From the NCBI RefSeq assembly GCF_047602345.1, contig NZ_JASGHN010000001.1, forward strand, positions 41,668-105,667: a stretch of 64,000 nucleotides of DNA, in the 5' to 3' direction. The position numbers were made by a program, and so were the translations under genes. Under the pieces are notes generated by a model. That model did no database searches. It worked only from the letters and a program-made list of their open reading frames with translations, and had not been told where the DNA came from. Positions 51,789 to 64,000 of this stretch are shown piece by piece. The stretch's first letter is position 1. Every line of letters starts with the position of its first letter. Source of the DNA: Arenimonas sp. Its GTDB lineage: Bacteria > Pseudomonadota > Gammaproteobacteria > Xanthomonadales > Xanthomonadaceae.

Positions 51789-51914
51789 CATGGGCAGGCA
51801 TCTCCTGGGCGAAGCATGTGGCCACCGTGGAGTCGCCGCACAGGTGCTGTGCCGGGCATCACACACGCAATCCGGCACGACCTCGAATGCACCGGTTCCA
51901 ATTGCACGACGCGG

Positions 51915-52288
51915 AAAAGAAAAACGCCCACAAGGGGCGTTTTCTTTTCTGGCGGAGTGAGAGGGATTCACTCGGGCCATCCCTGGCCCTCGCCCCTTAG
52001 GGGCGGCTCCGCCGTGCTGATCGGCATTCCTGCCGATCAGTCGAACCTTCGGGTTCTCATCCCCTCTCTGCAGAAAAGAAAAACGCCCACAAGGGGCGTT
52101 TTCTTTTCTGGCGGAGTGAGAGGGATTCACTCGGGCCATCCCTGGCCCTCGCCCCTTAGGGGCGGCTCCGCCGTGCTGATCGGCATTCCTGCCGATCAGT
52201 CGAACCTTCGGGTTCTCATCCCCTCTCTGCAGAAAAAGAAAAACGCCCACAAGGGGCGTTTTCTTTTCTGGCGGAGTGAGAGGGATTC
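51915..52288 (-). repeat. Tandem 159/160-bp repeat: [terminator + structured element + 20-nt tRNA-Ser 3' end] x2, ending in a third terminator
   Basis: TGGCGGAGTGAGAGGGATTC at 51950, 52109 and 52269; the two units are identical except for one A. Confidence 0.95.
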
Positions 52289-52361
52289 GAACCCTCGATA
52301 GAGCTTTTGACCCTATACTCCCTTAGCAGGGGAGCCCCTTCGGCCTCTCGGGCATCACTCC
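52269..52361 (-). tRNA. tRNA-Ser(GCT)
   Basis: 93 nt, long variable arm, CT-GCT-AA; csrA-serV-like synteny. Confidence 0.97.
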
Positions 52362-52427
52362 AGAATCGATCCATCGGTGCTTGCGCCAACGCGCGAAGCC
52401 AACCGGAAGGCGCGCTAGGATACTCGC

Positions 52428-52646
52428 TCAATCCTCTTTCGGCAAAGCGTCGTTGCCTTCGCTCCGCGCGGCCGCACCCGCCTCGTCCTTCTGCAGGCGT
52501 TGGAAAATCTCTTCTCTGTGCACGGCAACGTCTTTCGGCGCCGTGATGCCGATCCGCACCTGATTGCCCTTCACGCCCAACACCGTGACCGTGACGGAGT
52601 CACCGATCATGAGGGTCTCACCCACCCTCCGCGTAAGAATCAGCAT
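52428..52646 (-). CDS. csrA: Carbon storage regulator CsrA/RsmA
   Basis: [16 protein letters not shown]...[18 protein letters not shown]. Confidence 0.98.
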   Translation of the reverse strand: MLILTRRVGETLMIGDSVTVTVLGVKGNQVRIGITAPKDVAVHREEIFQRLQKDEAGAAARSEGNDALPKED

Positions 52647-52782
52647 GGCCTAACTCCCGATACATCCGTGCACCGGTCCGCGGGCCGAACAGCCGCGGCG
52701 CCTGACCGCGCCCCAGGCGCGGTTCAGCTGATGTTAGAACTCCACCTGCCGGGGCGCAACGAGGCCATCCCCGGCCGCAGGG

Positions 52783-55449
52783 TCATTGCAGGCGCTGGGC
52801 CACCCAGTCGCGCACCCCGTCCAGGGCTGCCAGCAAGGCTGGGCCGTCCTGTCCGCCCCCTTGCGCCATATCCGGCCGACCGCCGCCCTTGCCGCCGATC
52901 TGGTTGGCGACATGCGACAGCAATTCCCCCGCCTTGACCTTGCCCAGGGCCGAACCCTGGACACCGGCAATCAGGGAGGCTTTCCCGCCTTCCGCCGAGG
53001 CAAGCAGGATCACGGCATCGCTCAGCCTGCTTTTCAGCGTATCGACGGCATCGCGCAGCGCCTTGGCGTCCAGGCCCTCAAGCCGGGCAGCGACCAGTTT
53101 CACGCCGCCGAGGTCGATCGCGCCGCCGGCAAGATCGGATGTCGCGCCCGCGGCGGCCTTGGCCTTGAAGGACTCGATCTCGCGCTCGAGCTTCTTCTGG
53201 CGGTCGAGTAGTTGCCGCAATTTCTCGACGACATCGTCGCTGCGCGCGCCGATCAGCTCCGCCGCCTGCTCGAGGCGCCGCTCCTGCTCGTTGAAATAAG
53301 CCAGCGCGCCGGCGCCAGTCGTGGCCTCGATGCGTCGCACGCCCGCCGCGACGCCACCTTCGGACAGGATCTTGAACACGCCGATGTCGCCGGTGTGGTG
53401 CACGTGCGTGCCGCCGCACAGCTCCGTGGAGAATTCGCCCATGCGCAACACGCGCACGCGTTCGCCGTATTTTTCGCCGAACAGCGCCATGGCGCCGAAA
53501 TCGATCGCTTCTTGCATTCCCATGTGATGCACTTCGGCCTCGGCATTGCGGCGGATCTCGTCGTTCACCATCGCCTCGATGCGTGCCAGCTCCGCCGCAC
53601 TGATCGGTTGGAAATGCGAGAAGTCGAAACGCAGACGATCGGGCGCCACCAGCGAACCCTTCTGCGTGACGTGCTCTCCGAGCACGCTGCGCAGCGCCGC
53701 ATGCAGCAAATGGGTGGCCGAATGGTTCAGCACCGTCGCCTGTCGACGCGAGCCGTCCACGCGCGCGGATATCTTGTCGCCGACCTTCAACGCGCCCTGC
53801 GTCAATTTCCCGGCATGGCCGTGGAAGATCGCCGACAGCTTGATCGTATCGGCGACATCGAAATGATCGCTGCCCGGATCGAGCAACACGCCGGTGTCGC
53901 CGACCTGGCCGCCGGACTCGGCATAGAACGGCGTGCGATCGAGCACCACGATGGCTTCATCGCCAGCCGCGATGGACGGCACGGGCTTGCCGTCCCTGAG
54001 CAGGGCGACGATACGGCAACCATCGGCCTCCAATGTCTCGTAGCCCAGGAACTCGGTGGCGTGCAGGGAAGCCACGAGGTCGGCGGGCAAGGCGGTGCCG
54101 CCAGCGAACTTGCTGGCCGCGCGGGCGCGCTCGCGCTGCTGTTCCATCAACGCTTCGTATTGCTTCTCCGCCCCGTCGGCCAGGGAGGTTCCCTTCTCGC
54201 GCAGGATGTCGACGATCAAGTCGGGCGGGCATCCGTAGGTGTCGTGAAGCTGGAAAAGCTGCTCGCCGTCGATCCTGCCGCCACCGGCCGCGAGCGCCGA
54301 CTCCAATCGCATCATGCCGGCGTCGAGGGTAGCGGCGAACGCCGCTTCCTCGGCCTTGAGCGCTTGCTCCACGAGCGCTTGCTTCGCGCGCAATTCGGGG
54401 TAGGCCTCGCCCATCATTTCGACGAGGGGCTGCACCATGCGCCAGAAAAGGCCATCGGTCTTCAGGCTGCCGAGCTTCCAGAAATGGCGTACGGCACGAC
54501 GAATGATCCGGCGCAACACGTAACCGCGCCCTTCGTTCGAGGGCAGTACGCCGTCGACGATCAGAAAGGAACAGGCACGGATGTGGTCGGCGATCACGCG
54601 CAGCGACTTGTTATCCAGGTCCTGCGTTTCCGTGAGCCTCGCGGCGGCCTTGATCAGGTGCTGGAAGAGGTCGATCTCGTAATTGCTGTGCACGTGTTGC
54701 AGCACCGCCGACACGCGCTCCAGCCCCATACCGGTGTCCACGCACGGCGCCGGCAAGGGCAACAGCGTGCCGTCGGGCTGGCGATCGAACTGCATGAACA
54801 CGTTGTTCCATATCTCGATGAAACGGTCGCCGTCTTCATCGGGCGAGCCCGGAGGCCCACCCGGGATGTGCGCGCCGTGGTCGAAGAAGATCTCGGTACA
54901 AGGGCCGCAGGGGCCGGTATCGGCCATCTGCCAGAAATTATCGGACGCGAAGGGTGCGCCCTTGTTGTCGCCGATGCGGATGATGCGGTCCGCCGGCAAA
55001 CCGACCACCTTGTTCCAGATGTCGAAGGCTTCGTCGTCCGTGTGATAGACGGTCACGAGCAGCTTGTCTTTCGGAAGTTGCCAGATGCCGGTCAGCAGCT
55101 CCCAGGCGAAGACGATGGCGTCGTGCTTGAAATAGTCGCCGAAGCTGAAGTTGCCCAGCATCTCGAAAAAGGTGTGATGCCGCGCGGTATAACCCACCTG
55201 GTCGAGGTCGTTGTGCTTGCCGCCAGCGCGTACGCACCGCTGCGAGCTGACCGCACGCTTGTAGCTGCGTTTTTCCGCGCCGAGGAATACGTCCTTGAAC
55301 TGCACCATGCCGGCGTTGGTGAACAGCAGGGTCGGGTCGTTGCCCGGAACGAGCGGGCTGGAGGGCACGATGGTGTGGCCCTTGGAAGCGAAGAAGTCGA
55401 GGAAATCCTTGCGGATCTGCGCACTCGAACGGATGGCGCTGGCAGTCAT
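52783..55449 (-). CDS. alaS: Alanine--tRNA ligase
   Basis: [51 protein letters not shown]. Confidence 0.98.
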   Translation of the reverse strand: MTASAIRSSAQIRKDFLDFFASKGHTIVPSSPLVPGNDPTLLFTNAGMVQFKDVFLGAEKRSYKRAVSSQRCVRAGGKHNDLDQVGYTARHHTFFEMLGNFSFGDYFKHDAIVFAWELLTGIWQLPKDKLLVTVYHTDDEAFDIWNKVVGLPADRIIRIGDNKGAPFASDNFWQMADTGPCGPCTEIFFDHGAHIPGGPPGSPDEDGDRFIEIWNNVFMQFDRQPDGTLLPLPAPCVDTGMGLERVSAVLQHVHSNYEIDLFQHLIKAAARLTETQDLDNKSLRVIADHIRACSFLIVDGVLPSNEGRGYVLRRIIRRAVRHFWKLGSLKTDGLFWRMVQPLVEMMGEAYPELRAKQALVEQALKAEEAAFAATLDAGMMRLESALAAGGGRIDGEQLFQLHDTYGCPPDLIVDILREKGTSLADGAEKQYEALMEQQRERARAASKFAGGTALPADLVASLHATEFLGYETLEADGCRIVALLRDGKPVPSIAAGDEAIVVLDRTPFYAESGGQVGDTGVLLDPGSDHFDVADTIKLSAIFHGHAGKLTQGALKVGDKISARVDGSRRQATVLNHSATHLLHAALRSVLGEHVTQKGSLVAPDRLRFDFSHFQPISAAELARIEAMVNDEIRRNAEAEVHHMGMQEAIDFGAMALFGEKYGERVRVLRMGEFSTELCGGTHVHHTGDIGVFKILSEGGVAAGVRRIEATTGAGALAYFNEQERRLEQAAELIGARSDDVVEKLRQLLDRQKKLEREIESFKAKAAAGATSDLAGGAIDLGGVKLVAARLEGLDAKALRDAVDTLKSRLSDAVILLASAEGGKASLIAGVQGSALGKVKAGELLSHVANQIGGKGGGRPDMAQGGGQDGPALLAALDGVRDWVAQRLQ

Positions 55450-55598
55450 GGGTAAGAATCTTTGGCCTGAACGAAGCGGACGCCGATTCCAGCCCGGAGC
55501 CCTCCCCCAAACGATGGGGTCGGAGTTGGAGCCATCAATCGAATCCGAAGGCTTCTAGGGTACTAGATTGCCGCCCGCAGGCCCAAGATCGGGCTGGC

Positions 55599-56105
55599 TC
55601 AGTCGTCCGAATCGTCCCCGGCCACTGCCCAGCCGATAGCCGACCTGGCCATACCCTGGTCGAAGCCACGACGCATCAGGAAATCTACCGCCTTGCGCCG
55701 CTGGGCCGGATCGTCGTGACAGGAAGAGAATCGTCGCCGTGCCAGCGCCCGCGCGCTGCCAAGCCAGTCGTGATCGACCGATCCCAGGGCTGTTTCGATA
55801 CTGCCGCGGTCGATGCCGTGGCTGGACAGCTCCGCACGAATCCTAAGAGGACCATAGCCAGCCAGGGCCCGGCTGCGAACCAAAGCCTCGGCGAAACGCT
55901 GGTCGTTCTGGAAATCCTGTTTGGCAAGCACGGACAGGGCGGTTTCGGTCTCCTCCTGACTGATCCCGCGCGCCCCCAGTTTCCGCTTTAGCTCGCGACG
56001 GGAGTGCTCCCGCCGTACCAGCAGCCCGAGGGCTCGCTGGTAGGCGGAAGGTTCGGGACGACGAGGTGCCCGAGACTTGGAGGAACTCCCATCCGATTCG
56101 GACAT
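55599..56105 (-). CDS. recX: Regulatory protein RecX
   Basis: ALGLLVRREHSRREL, QNDQRFAE, GYGPLRI, FLMRRGF; overlaps the recA stop. Confidence 0.92.
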   Translation of the reverse strand: MSESDGSSSKSRAPRRPEPSAYQRALGLLVRREHSRRELKRKLGARGISQEETETALSVLAKQDFQNDQRFAEALVRSRALAGYGPLRIRAELSSHGIDRGSIETALGSVDHDWLGSARALARRRFSSCHDDPAQRRKAVDFLMRRGFDQGMARSAIGWAVAGDDSDD

Positions 56106-57139
56106 CAGGCTTCTGCGGTATCGGCAGCCGCAGCCGGGCGCGACGCGGCCGGCATCAGCTTCTCACGCAGGCGAGATTCGATTTCCGCGGCCACGGACGG
56201 ATTGTCCTTGAGGTATTGGCGGGCGCTTTCCTTGCCCTGCCCGATGCGTTCGCCCAATGCGCTGTACCAGGCGCCGGACTTTTCGACGATCTTGTGGTCC
56301 ACGCCGAGATCGATCAGTTCGCCTTCACGGGAGATGCCTTCGCCATACAGGATCTCGGTGATCACCTGTTTGAAGGGCGGCGCCAGCTTGTTCTTGACGA
56401 CCTTGATCTTGGTCTCGTTGCCGATGATCTCATCGCCCTTCTTCACCGAGCCGATGCGGCGGATATCCAGACGCACCGAAGCATAGAACTTGAGCGCATT
56501 GCCGCCGGTGGTGGTTTCCGGGTTCTGGCCGGGCATCATCATGCCGATCTTCATGCGCAGCTGGTTGATGAAGATGACCATGCAGTTGGAGCGATTGATG
56601 TTGCCGGTGAGCTTGCGCAAAGCCTGGCTCATCAATCGCGCCTGCAGGCCGACCTGCAATTCGCCCATCTCGCCCTCGATTTCGGCTTTCGGGGTCAGCG
56701 CGGCGACGGAGTCGACGACGACCACGTCCACGGCATTCGAACGCACGAGCATGTCGGCGATCTCCAGCGCCTGCTCGCCGGTGTCGGGCTGCGACACCAG
56801 CAGATCGTCGACCTTGACGCCGAGCTTCTGCGCGTAGGTCGGATCGAGCGCATGTTCGGCATCGACGAAAGCGGCCGTGCCGCCGGCCTTCTGGCACTGC
56901 GCGATGACCTGCAGCGTGAGCGTGGTCTTGCCGGAGGATTCCGGACCGTAGATCTCGACCACTCGACCTTTCGGCAACCCGCCGATCCCGAGGGCCATGT
57001 CCAGCATCAGCGAGCCGGTGCCGACGACTTCGGTCGGTTCGGCGACGCGGTCGCCCATGCGCATGACGGCGCCCTTGCCGAACTGCTTCTCGATCTGGCC
57101 CAGGGCTGCGGTAAGAGCGCGCTTCTTGTTGTCGTCCAT
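56105..57139 (-). CDS. recA: Recombinase A
   Basis: [32 protein letters not shown]. Confidence 0.99.
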   Translation of the reverse strand: MDDNKKRALTAALGQIEKQFGKGAVMRMGDRVAEPTEVVGTGSLMLDMALGIGGLPKGRVVEIYGPESSGKTTLTLQVIAQCQKAGGTAAFVDAEHALDPTYAQKLGVKVDDLLVSQPDTGEQALEIADMLVRSNAVDVVVVDSVAALTPKAEIEGEMGELQVGLQARLMSQALRKLTGNINRSNCMVIFINQLRMKIGMMMPGQNPETTTGGNALKFYASVRLDIRRIGSVKKGDEIIGNETKIKVVKNKLAPPFKQVITEILYGEGISREGELIDLGVDHKIVEKSGAWYSALGERIGQGKESARQYLKDNPSVAAEIESRLREKLMPAASRPAAAADTAEA

Positions 57140-57318
57140 GCGGATGTCCTCGGAGGGTGTTGGAATGGCGGGGAGCTTAGGAGGCCCGGATCGCACCGGT
57201 TGAGACGATGCATTCCAGGTCTTGAATATCTGTCGCGACAAGAACGTTCGGCAGTCGCTGATCGCGCGGATCACGGTCGGAAACTTTCATGCGGGCGGGT
57301 CGGAAATCCACGTATGGT

Positions 57319-57978
57319 TCAACGATTGGGCCGCACGAGGCCGCAATACAGGCCCTCGATGGCGAAGTCCTGGTCGGGACCGACCTCGATCGGGGAATAA
57401 TCGGGATTGCGCGGCAACAGCCGCACCTGCCCTTTGCTGACCTTGAGCAGCTTCACAGTGATCTCGTCGTCGATGCGCGCCACCACGATCTGCCCCGAAT
57501 GCGCATCGGGCGTACGGTGCACGCCGATCAGGTCGCCGTCGAAAATACCGTCGTCGCGCATCGAATCGCCCTTCACCTTCAGCAGGTAATCCGGCGCCGG
57601 CGAGAAAAAGTTTCGATCGAGCAGTACGACCTGGTCGGAACCGATATCGGCGCCGATCGGCAAACCCGCCGCGACGCGACCCAGCACCGGCAGGCGCAGC
57701 GCTTCGTTTTCTATGGAATCGCGACGCGACGGAACGGGAATCTCGACGTCCTCGGCCGACTCGGTTGGCGGCGTACACAGGCGAATGCCCCGCGCCTGCC
57801 CGGGAACGCGCCGGATCAGGCCCGCCTGCTCGAGGATGTCCAGATGGTACTGAGCGGCGCGCACGCCCCGGAAACCCAGGGCATTGGCGATCTCAGTCTG
57901 CGAAGGAGGCACGCCCTCGGCTTCGATACGTGCCGCGATGAAATCCAGGATGGCCTGCTGCGTATCCGAAACCTTCAT
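57319..57978 (-). CDS. lexA: LexA repressor
   Basis: PPSQTEIA, VAAG cleavage site, GDSM, TVK. Confidence 0.96.
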   Translation of the reverse strand: MKVSDTQQAILDFIAARIEAEGVPPSQTEIANALGFRGVRAAQYHLDILEQAGLIRRVPGQARGIRLCTPPTESAEDVEIPVPSRRDSIENEALRLPVLGRVAAGLPIGADIGSDQVVLLDRNFFSPAPDYLLKVKGDSMRDDGIFDGDLIGVHRTPDAHSGQIVVARIDDEITVKLLKVSKGQVRLLPRNPDYSPIEVGPDQDFAIEGLYCGLVRPNR

Positions 57979-57999
57979 GGGGCTGCTCCCGCCGGGTTG

Positions 58000-58018
58000 T
58001 TAGTAGTAATACTACTAA
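58000..58018. promoter_or_regulatory. Xanthomonadales-type LexA box
   Basis: TTAGTAGTAATACTACTAA 22 nt upstream of lexA, matching the Xanthomonas/Xylella TTAG-N6-TACTA operator. Confidence 0.9.
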
Positions 58019-58037
58019 CGATTGGCGATGGCAAGCC

Positions 58038-58556
58038 TCAGGCAAGTTTGAGCAAGCCCAGCAGGGAGGCGGCGACGGTCTGCCGACGAACGGCTTCGCG
58101 ATCGCCGGGGAAATGGAATACCTGGGCCAAGGGGTAACCCCCGCGCCGCTTCCAGGCGATCCAGACCGTGCCGATGGGCTTGTCGGGCATGCCGCCAGAC
58201 GGGCCGGCGATACCGGTCACCGCGACCGCGACACCGGCGCCCGAGGTCACCAGCGCGCCCGAGACCATTTCGAGCACCGTCTCGCGACTGACCGCGCCAT
58301 GCTGCATCAGCGTCTCCGGGCGCACGCCCAGCAGCGCCTGCTTGGCTTCGTAGCTATAGGCCGCCATGCCGCTGTCGAACCAATCGGAGCAGCCCGGGAT
58401 ATCGGTGATCATCTTGGCGATCCAGCCGCCGGTGCAGCTTTCGGCCGTACACAGTGTCTGGCGCTTCAGCCGCAGGGATTCGCCGACTTCTTCCGCCAGC
58501 CGGTGCAGGGTGGTGTCGTCGTGATCGGCGGTCGCCAGCGCGGAGAGTTCGTCCAT
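58038..58556 (-). CDS. pncC: CinA C-terminal domain / NMN deamidase PncC
   Basis: [35 protein letters not shown]. Confidence 0.88.
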   Translation of the reverse strand: MDELSALATADHDDTTLHRLAEEVGESLRLKRQTLCTAESCTGGWIAKMITDIPGCSDWFDSGMAAYSYEAKQALLGVRPETLMQHGAVSRETVLEMVSGALVTSGAGVAVAVTGIAGPSGGMPDKPIGTVWIAWKRRGGYPLAQVFHFPGDREAVRRQTVAASLLGLLKLA

Positions 58557-58594
58557 GCCGGCTAGACTATAGGGCCGCGTCCCAGCCTGTCACG

Positions 58595-61164
<2,570 letters not shown>

Positions 61165-61168
<4 letters not shown>

Positions 61169-61566
61169 AACGCGTCGATGTCGCCCAGGGCCTGGATAAG
61201 CCGGCGTGCGCGCTTGTCGGGCTTGCTCAGCGGCGCGCGGTAACCGGCACGTTCGAGCTTGCGCTGCTCGCGCTCGGCGGCACGGCGCGCGATCGACTCC
61301 TCGCTTTCGCGGTACAACTTCTGCGCCACGCTCGCCGGGCCACGCGTATCGCTCAAGTCGAGCACAAGCACTTCGAAGGTTTCCTCGCCGCGCGCGATGC
61401 GCAGGGTTTCGCCGCCGCGCAGCGAGCGCGAGGGCTTCGCCGGCTGGCCGTCCACCTCGACCTTGCTGCCGGTGATCGCCTGCTTGGCCAGCGAGCGCGT
61501 CTTGTAGAAGCGCGCCGCCCACAGCCAGATGTCGATGCGTACGGTCGCTTGTTCCTCTGCCTGCAT
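61165..61566 (-). CDS. hslR: Ribosome-associated heat shock protein Hsp15
   Basis: [19 protein letters not shown]4 domain, KPDKRARR. Confidence 0.93.
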
Positions 61567-61613
61567 GTGTAGGACGTCTTGCGGTATGTAGCGTTAGGTT
61601 ACGCCCGGAAAGC

Positions 61614-61638
61614 AAAACGGCCGCTTTCGCGGCCGTTT
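61614..61638 (-). terminator. Terminator after rplS
   Basis: AAACGGCCGC-TTTC-GCGGCCGTTT. Confidence 0.8.
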
Positions 61639-61659
61639 CGATGGAATCCTGCGACTCGA

Positions 61660-62022
61660 TCAGTCGGCCGAACGGGCGGACAGGTCTTCCTTGATGCGGG
61701 CCTTCTTGCCTTCCAGGGCGCGCAGGTAATACAGCTTGCCCTGACGCACGTCGCCGCGGCGCTTCACGCTGACGGAATCGATGACGGCGCTGTGGGTCTG
61801 GAAGACGCGCTCGACGCCGACGCCGTGCGAAATCTTGCGCACGGTGAAAGCGGAGTTCAGGCCGGCGTTCTTCTTGGCGATGACCACGCCCTCGTACGCC
61901 TGCACGCGCTCGCGATTGCCTTCCTTGACCTTGACGTTGACGACGACGGTATCGCCCGGGCCGAAATCCGGCAGCTGGCGGGTCATCTGGTCGGCTTCGA
62001 ATTGCTGGAGGAGCTTGTTCAT
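61660..62022 (-). CDS. rplS: 50S ribosomal protein L19
   Basis: [29 protein letters not shown]. Confidence 0.99.
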   Translation of the reverse strand: MNKLLQQFEADQMTRQLPDFGPGDTVVVNVKVKEGNRERVQAYEGVVIAKKNAGLNSAFTVRKISHGVGVERVFQTHSAVIDSVSVKRRGDVRQGKLYYLRALEGKKARIKEDLSARSAD

Positions 62023-62126
62023 GGTTGCACCGGATCGTTTCGATCTGTAGTTCTTGGGCTGCCGGGCGGCAGTGAGTTGGCGATTATAGCCGGCGGAGTT
62101 CCGGATTGGCTAGGGGTTTCAAGCGT

Positions 62127-62888
62127 TTAGGTCCCCGGGGCAGTCTGCTTGGCCAGCCAGTCGGCCTGGAATTCCGCCAAGAGCTCGGCGTCCCGGCGGT
62201 CCAGTTCCAGTCGGGCCAGCAGATCCGGCCGTCGCAGCCAGGTCCGGCCTAGGCTCTGCTGGCGACGCCAGCGCGCGATCCGGGCGTGGTCTCCGGATAG
62301 CAGCACCGGCGGTACGCCCTCCGTACCCCAGGACTCGGAACGGGTGTAATGGGGGCAGTCGAGCAGACCGTTCTCGAAGCTGTCCTGGGTGGCGGATTCG
62401 GCATCGTTCAGCGCACCGTCCTGGACCCGGCCCACCGCATCGATGACCACGGCCGCGGCCAGTTCGCCGCCGGACAGCACGTAATCGCCCACCGAAATCT
62501 CTTCATCGATCTCACGCTCGATGAAACGCTCGTCCAGCCCTTCGTAACGACCGCAGACGAGGATCAGCCGCGGCAGCGAAGCCAGCTCACGGACCTTCGC
62601 CTGCGTCAGCGCAACGCCCTGTGGACTGAGATAGATCACCCTCGCCGGCGCATCGGTCACAGCGCGCGCCGCCCGGAGGCAGGCACCCAGCGGCTCGGGC
62701 AGCATGACCATGCCGGGCCCGCCGCCGAAGGGACGCTCGTCCACGCGGCGATAATTGTCGGTAGCGTAATCGCGCGGATTCCAGGCCTCCACCTCGATCA
62801 GCCCGCGCTCCTGCGCACGACCGATCACGCCGACCTTCGCGGCCTGGTGGATGAAGTCGGGAAACAGGCTGAGCACGTCGATGCGCAT
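62127..62888 (-). CDS. trmD: tRNA (guanine-N1)-methyltransferase
   Basis: [31 protein letters not shown]. Confidence 0.98.
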   Translation of the reverse strand: MRIDVLSLFPDFIHQAAKVGVIGRAQERGLIEVEAWNPRDYATDNYRRVDERPFGGGPGMVMLPEPLGACLRAARAVTDAPARVIYLSPQGVALTQAKVRELASLPRLILVCGRYEGLDERFIEREIDEEISVGDYVLSGGELAAAVVIDAVGRVQDGALNDAESATQDSFENGLLDCPHYTRSESWGTEGVPPVLLSGDHARIARWRRQQSLGRTWLRRPDLLARLELDRRDAELLAEFQADWLAKQTAPGT

Positions 62889-62892
62889 GCGA

Positions 62893-63402
62893 TCAGAACT
62901 CCGGATCCCAATCGACGGTGATCTTGCCGGCATCGAAATCGACGTCGAGCACGAACTGCTCAGGCACGTACGGGATGAGGCGCTCGCGCTCGCCCTGCAC
63001 CACCAGCACGTCGTTGGCGCCGGTGTCGAACAGATGCGACACCTTGCCGAAAGCAAAGCCCTCGCGATTGACGACGTCGAGGCCTTCGAGATCCACCCAG
63101 TAGTGTTCGCCGGGCTTCGGTGCGGGCAGTCGACTGCGCGGCACCCATAGCTCCGCACCGCGCAATGCTTCGGCAGCATCGCGGTCTTCGACTCCGGGAA
63201 GGAAGGCGATCAGGCCCTTCGGCGTTTCGCGGCCGCTGGCCTGGCCGATTTCGCGCTCGACGCCGCGATGCGACAACACCCATGGCTGATACTTCAGCAG
63301 TGCGCGGGCGGGATCGGTGAAACTGTCGATCTTCACTTCGCCCCGAACGCCAAAAGCGCCGAGGATCCTGCCCAGCAGGATTCGGCGCTCTTGATCGATC
63401 AT
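62893..63402 (-). CDS. rimM: Ribosome maturation factor RimM
   Basis: [23 protein letters not shown]. Confidence 0.97.
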   Translation of the reverse strand: MIDQERRILLGRILGAFGVRGEVKIDSFTDPARALLKYQPWVLSHRGVEREIGQASGRETPKGLIAFLPGVEDRDAAEALRGAELWVPRSRLPAPKPGEHYWVDLEGLDVVNREGFAFGKVSHLFDTGANDVLVVQGERERLIPYVPEQFVLDVDFDAGKITVDWDPEF

Positions 63403-63436
63403 GCGCGGTTCCTCGCGACGGGCGCGAGGACGGACG

Positions 63437-63688
63437 TCAGGCCGAAGCCTTCGAGGCTTCCTTGAGCAACGTGCCGACCTTGTCGCTCAGCTGCGCGCCC
63501 TGGGAAACCCAATGCTTCACGCGCTCGACATTCAGTTCGACGCGCTTTTCGTTGCCCTTGGCGACCGGGTTGTAGAAACCGAGGCGCTCAAGCGAACGGC
63601 CATCGCGCTTGTTGCGATGATCGGTGGCGATGATGTGGTAGAAGGGGCGCTTCTTGGCGCCACCACGGGTCAGGCGAATCTTGACCAT
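63437..63688 (-). CDS. rpsP: 30S ribosomal protein S16
   Basis: [28 protein letters not shown]. Confidence 0.99.
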   Translation of the reverse strand: MVKIRLTRGGAKKRPFYHIIATDHRNKRDGRSLERLGFYNPVAKGNEKRVELNVERVKHWVSQGAQLSDKVGTLLKEASKASA

Positions 63689-63795
63689 TGCTGTTTGCTC
63701 TGTAGTTCTGGGTGAAGTCCGGCGCCTGAGGCACGCGGGGAGCTGGAGAGTATAACTGCTTGGGCGGCCTAAGAAAACCGCCCGGCGGCCCTGAC

Positions 63796-64000
63796 CTAGC
63801 GGCGGAAGCCGCCGCCCGGGGGGAAGCCGCCCCCGCCCATCAGGCCTTTCATACCCCGCATCATGCCCTTCAGGCCGCCCTGGCTGAGCTTGCGCATCAT
63901 GCCTTCCATCTGGTCGTACTGCTTGATCAGCTTGTTGACCTCGGCCGGGGTGGTGCCGGCGCCCTTGGCGATGCGGGCCCGGCGCGAGCCGTTCAGGACC
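63796..64000 (-). CDS. ffh: Signal recognition particle protein Ffh, C-terminal M domain (partial)
   Basis: Manual translation [37 protein letters not shown]...GGGFRR*; upstream of rpsP. Confidence 0.93.
   Translation of the reverse strand, partial: VLNGSRRARIAKGAGTTPAEVNKLIKQYDQMEGMMRKLSQGGLKGMMRGMKGLMGGGGFPPGGGFRR

Noticed and set aside
51915-52288. CRISPR array
   Set aside because: Whole 159-bp units are identical with no unique spacers, and there are no cas genes in the window
51738-52301. ORFs 51738..52250(-) and 51720..52301(+) with repeated peptides
   Set aside because: Translations of the non-coding tandem repeat, terminators and tRNA; no RBS or family signal
57140-57318. Second LexA box before recA
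   Set aside because: No TTAG-N6-TACTA match seen; recA is probably read from the lexA promoter

Overview
GC-rich chromosomal window from a Xanthomonadales (Lysobacterales)-type gammaproteobacterium. The assignment rests on the TTAGTAGTAATACTACTAA LexA box, the lexA-recA-recX operon, rpmF-fabH with no plsX, and the kdkA/GT9 pair. The backbone is mostly housekeeping: pabB-like (partial)-fabF-acpP-fabG-fabD-fabH-rpmF-yceD, maf, MoxR/DUF58/transglutaminase, hit-recR-ybaB-dnaX, ffs, moaCA, kdkA, dnaQ-rnhA, gloB-mltD-fabI, ppiD-hupB-lon-clpX-clpP-tig, 11 tRNAs, csrA-alaS-recX-recA-lexA-cinA, mutS, hslR, rplS-trmD-rimM-rpsP and ffh (partial). No integrase, transposase, CRISPR array or prophage is visible. 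The most unusual signals are: (1) a ~120-nt, ORF-less, multi-hairpin element with compensatory base changes that re-creates the 3' end of the adjacent tRNA-Ser, present once after tRNA-Ser(GGA) and as a 159/160-bp tandem doublet after tRNA-Ser(GCT), with a near-identical terminator also behind tRNA-Ser(CGA); (2) a ~55-bp degenerate duplication of the SRP RNA 3' half; (3) a divergent pair of a secreted Sel1/coiled-coil/Ig/caspase-like protease and an Ig-repeat autotransporter, next to a PP2C phosphatase and a membrane Ser/Thr kinase; (4) an MrfAB-like helicase-exonuclease pair preceded by a perfect 18-bp palindrome. All calls come from reading motifs by eye; no database searches were run, so novelty is unverified.
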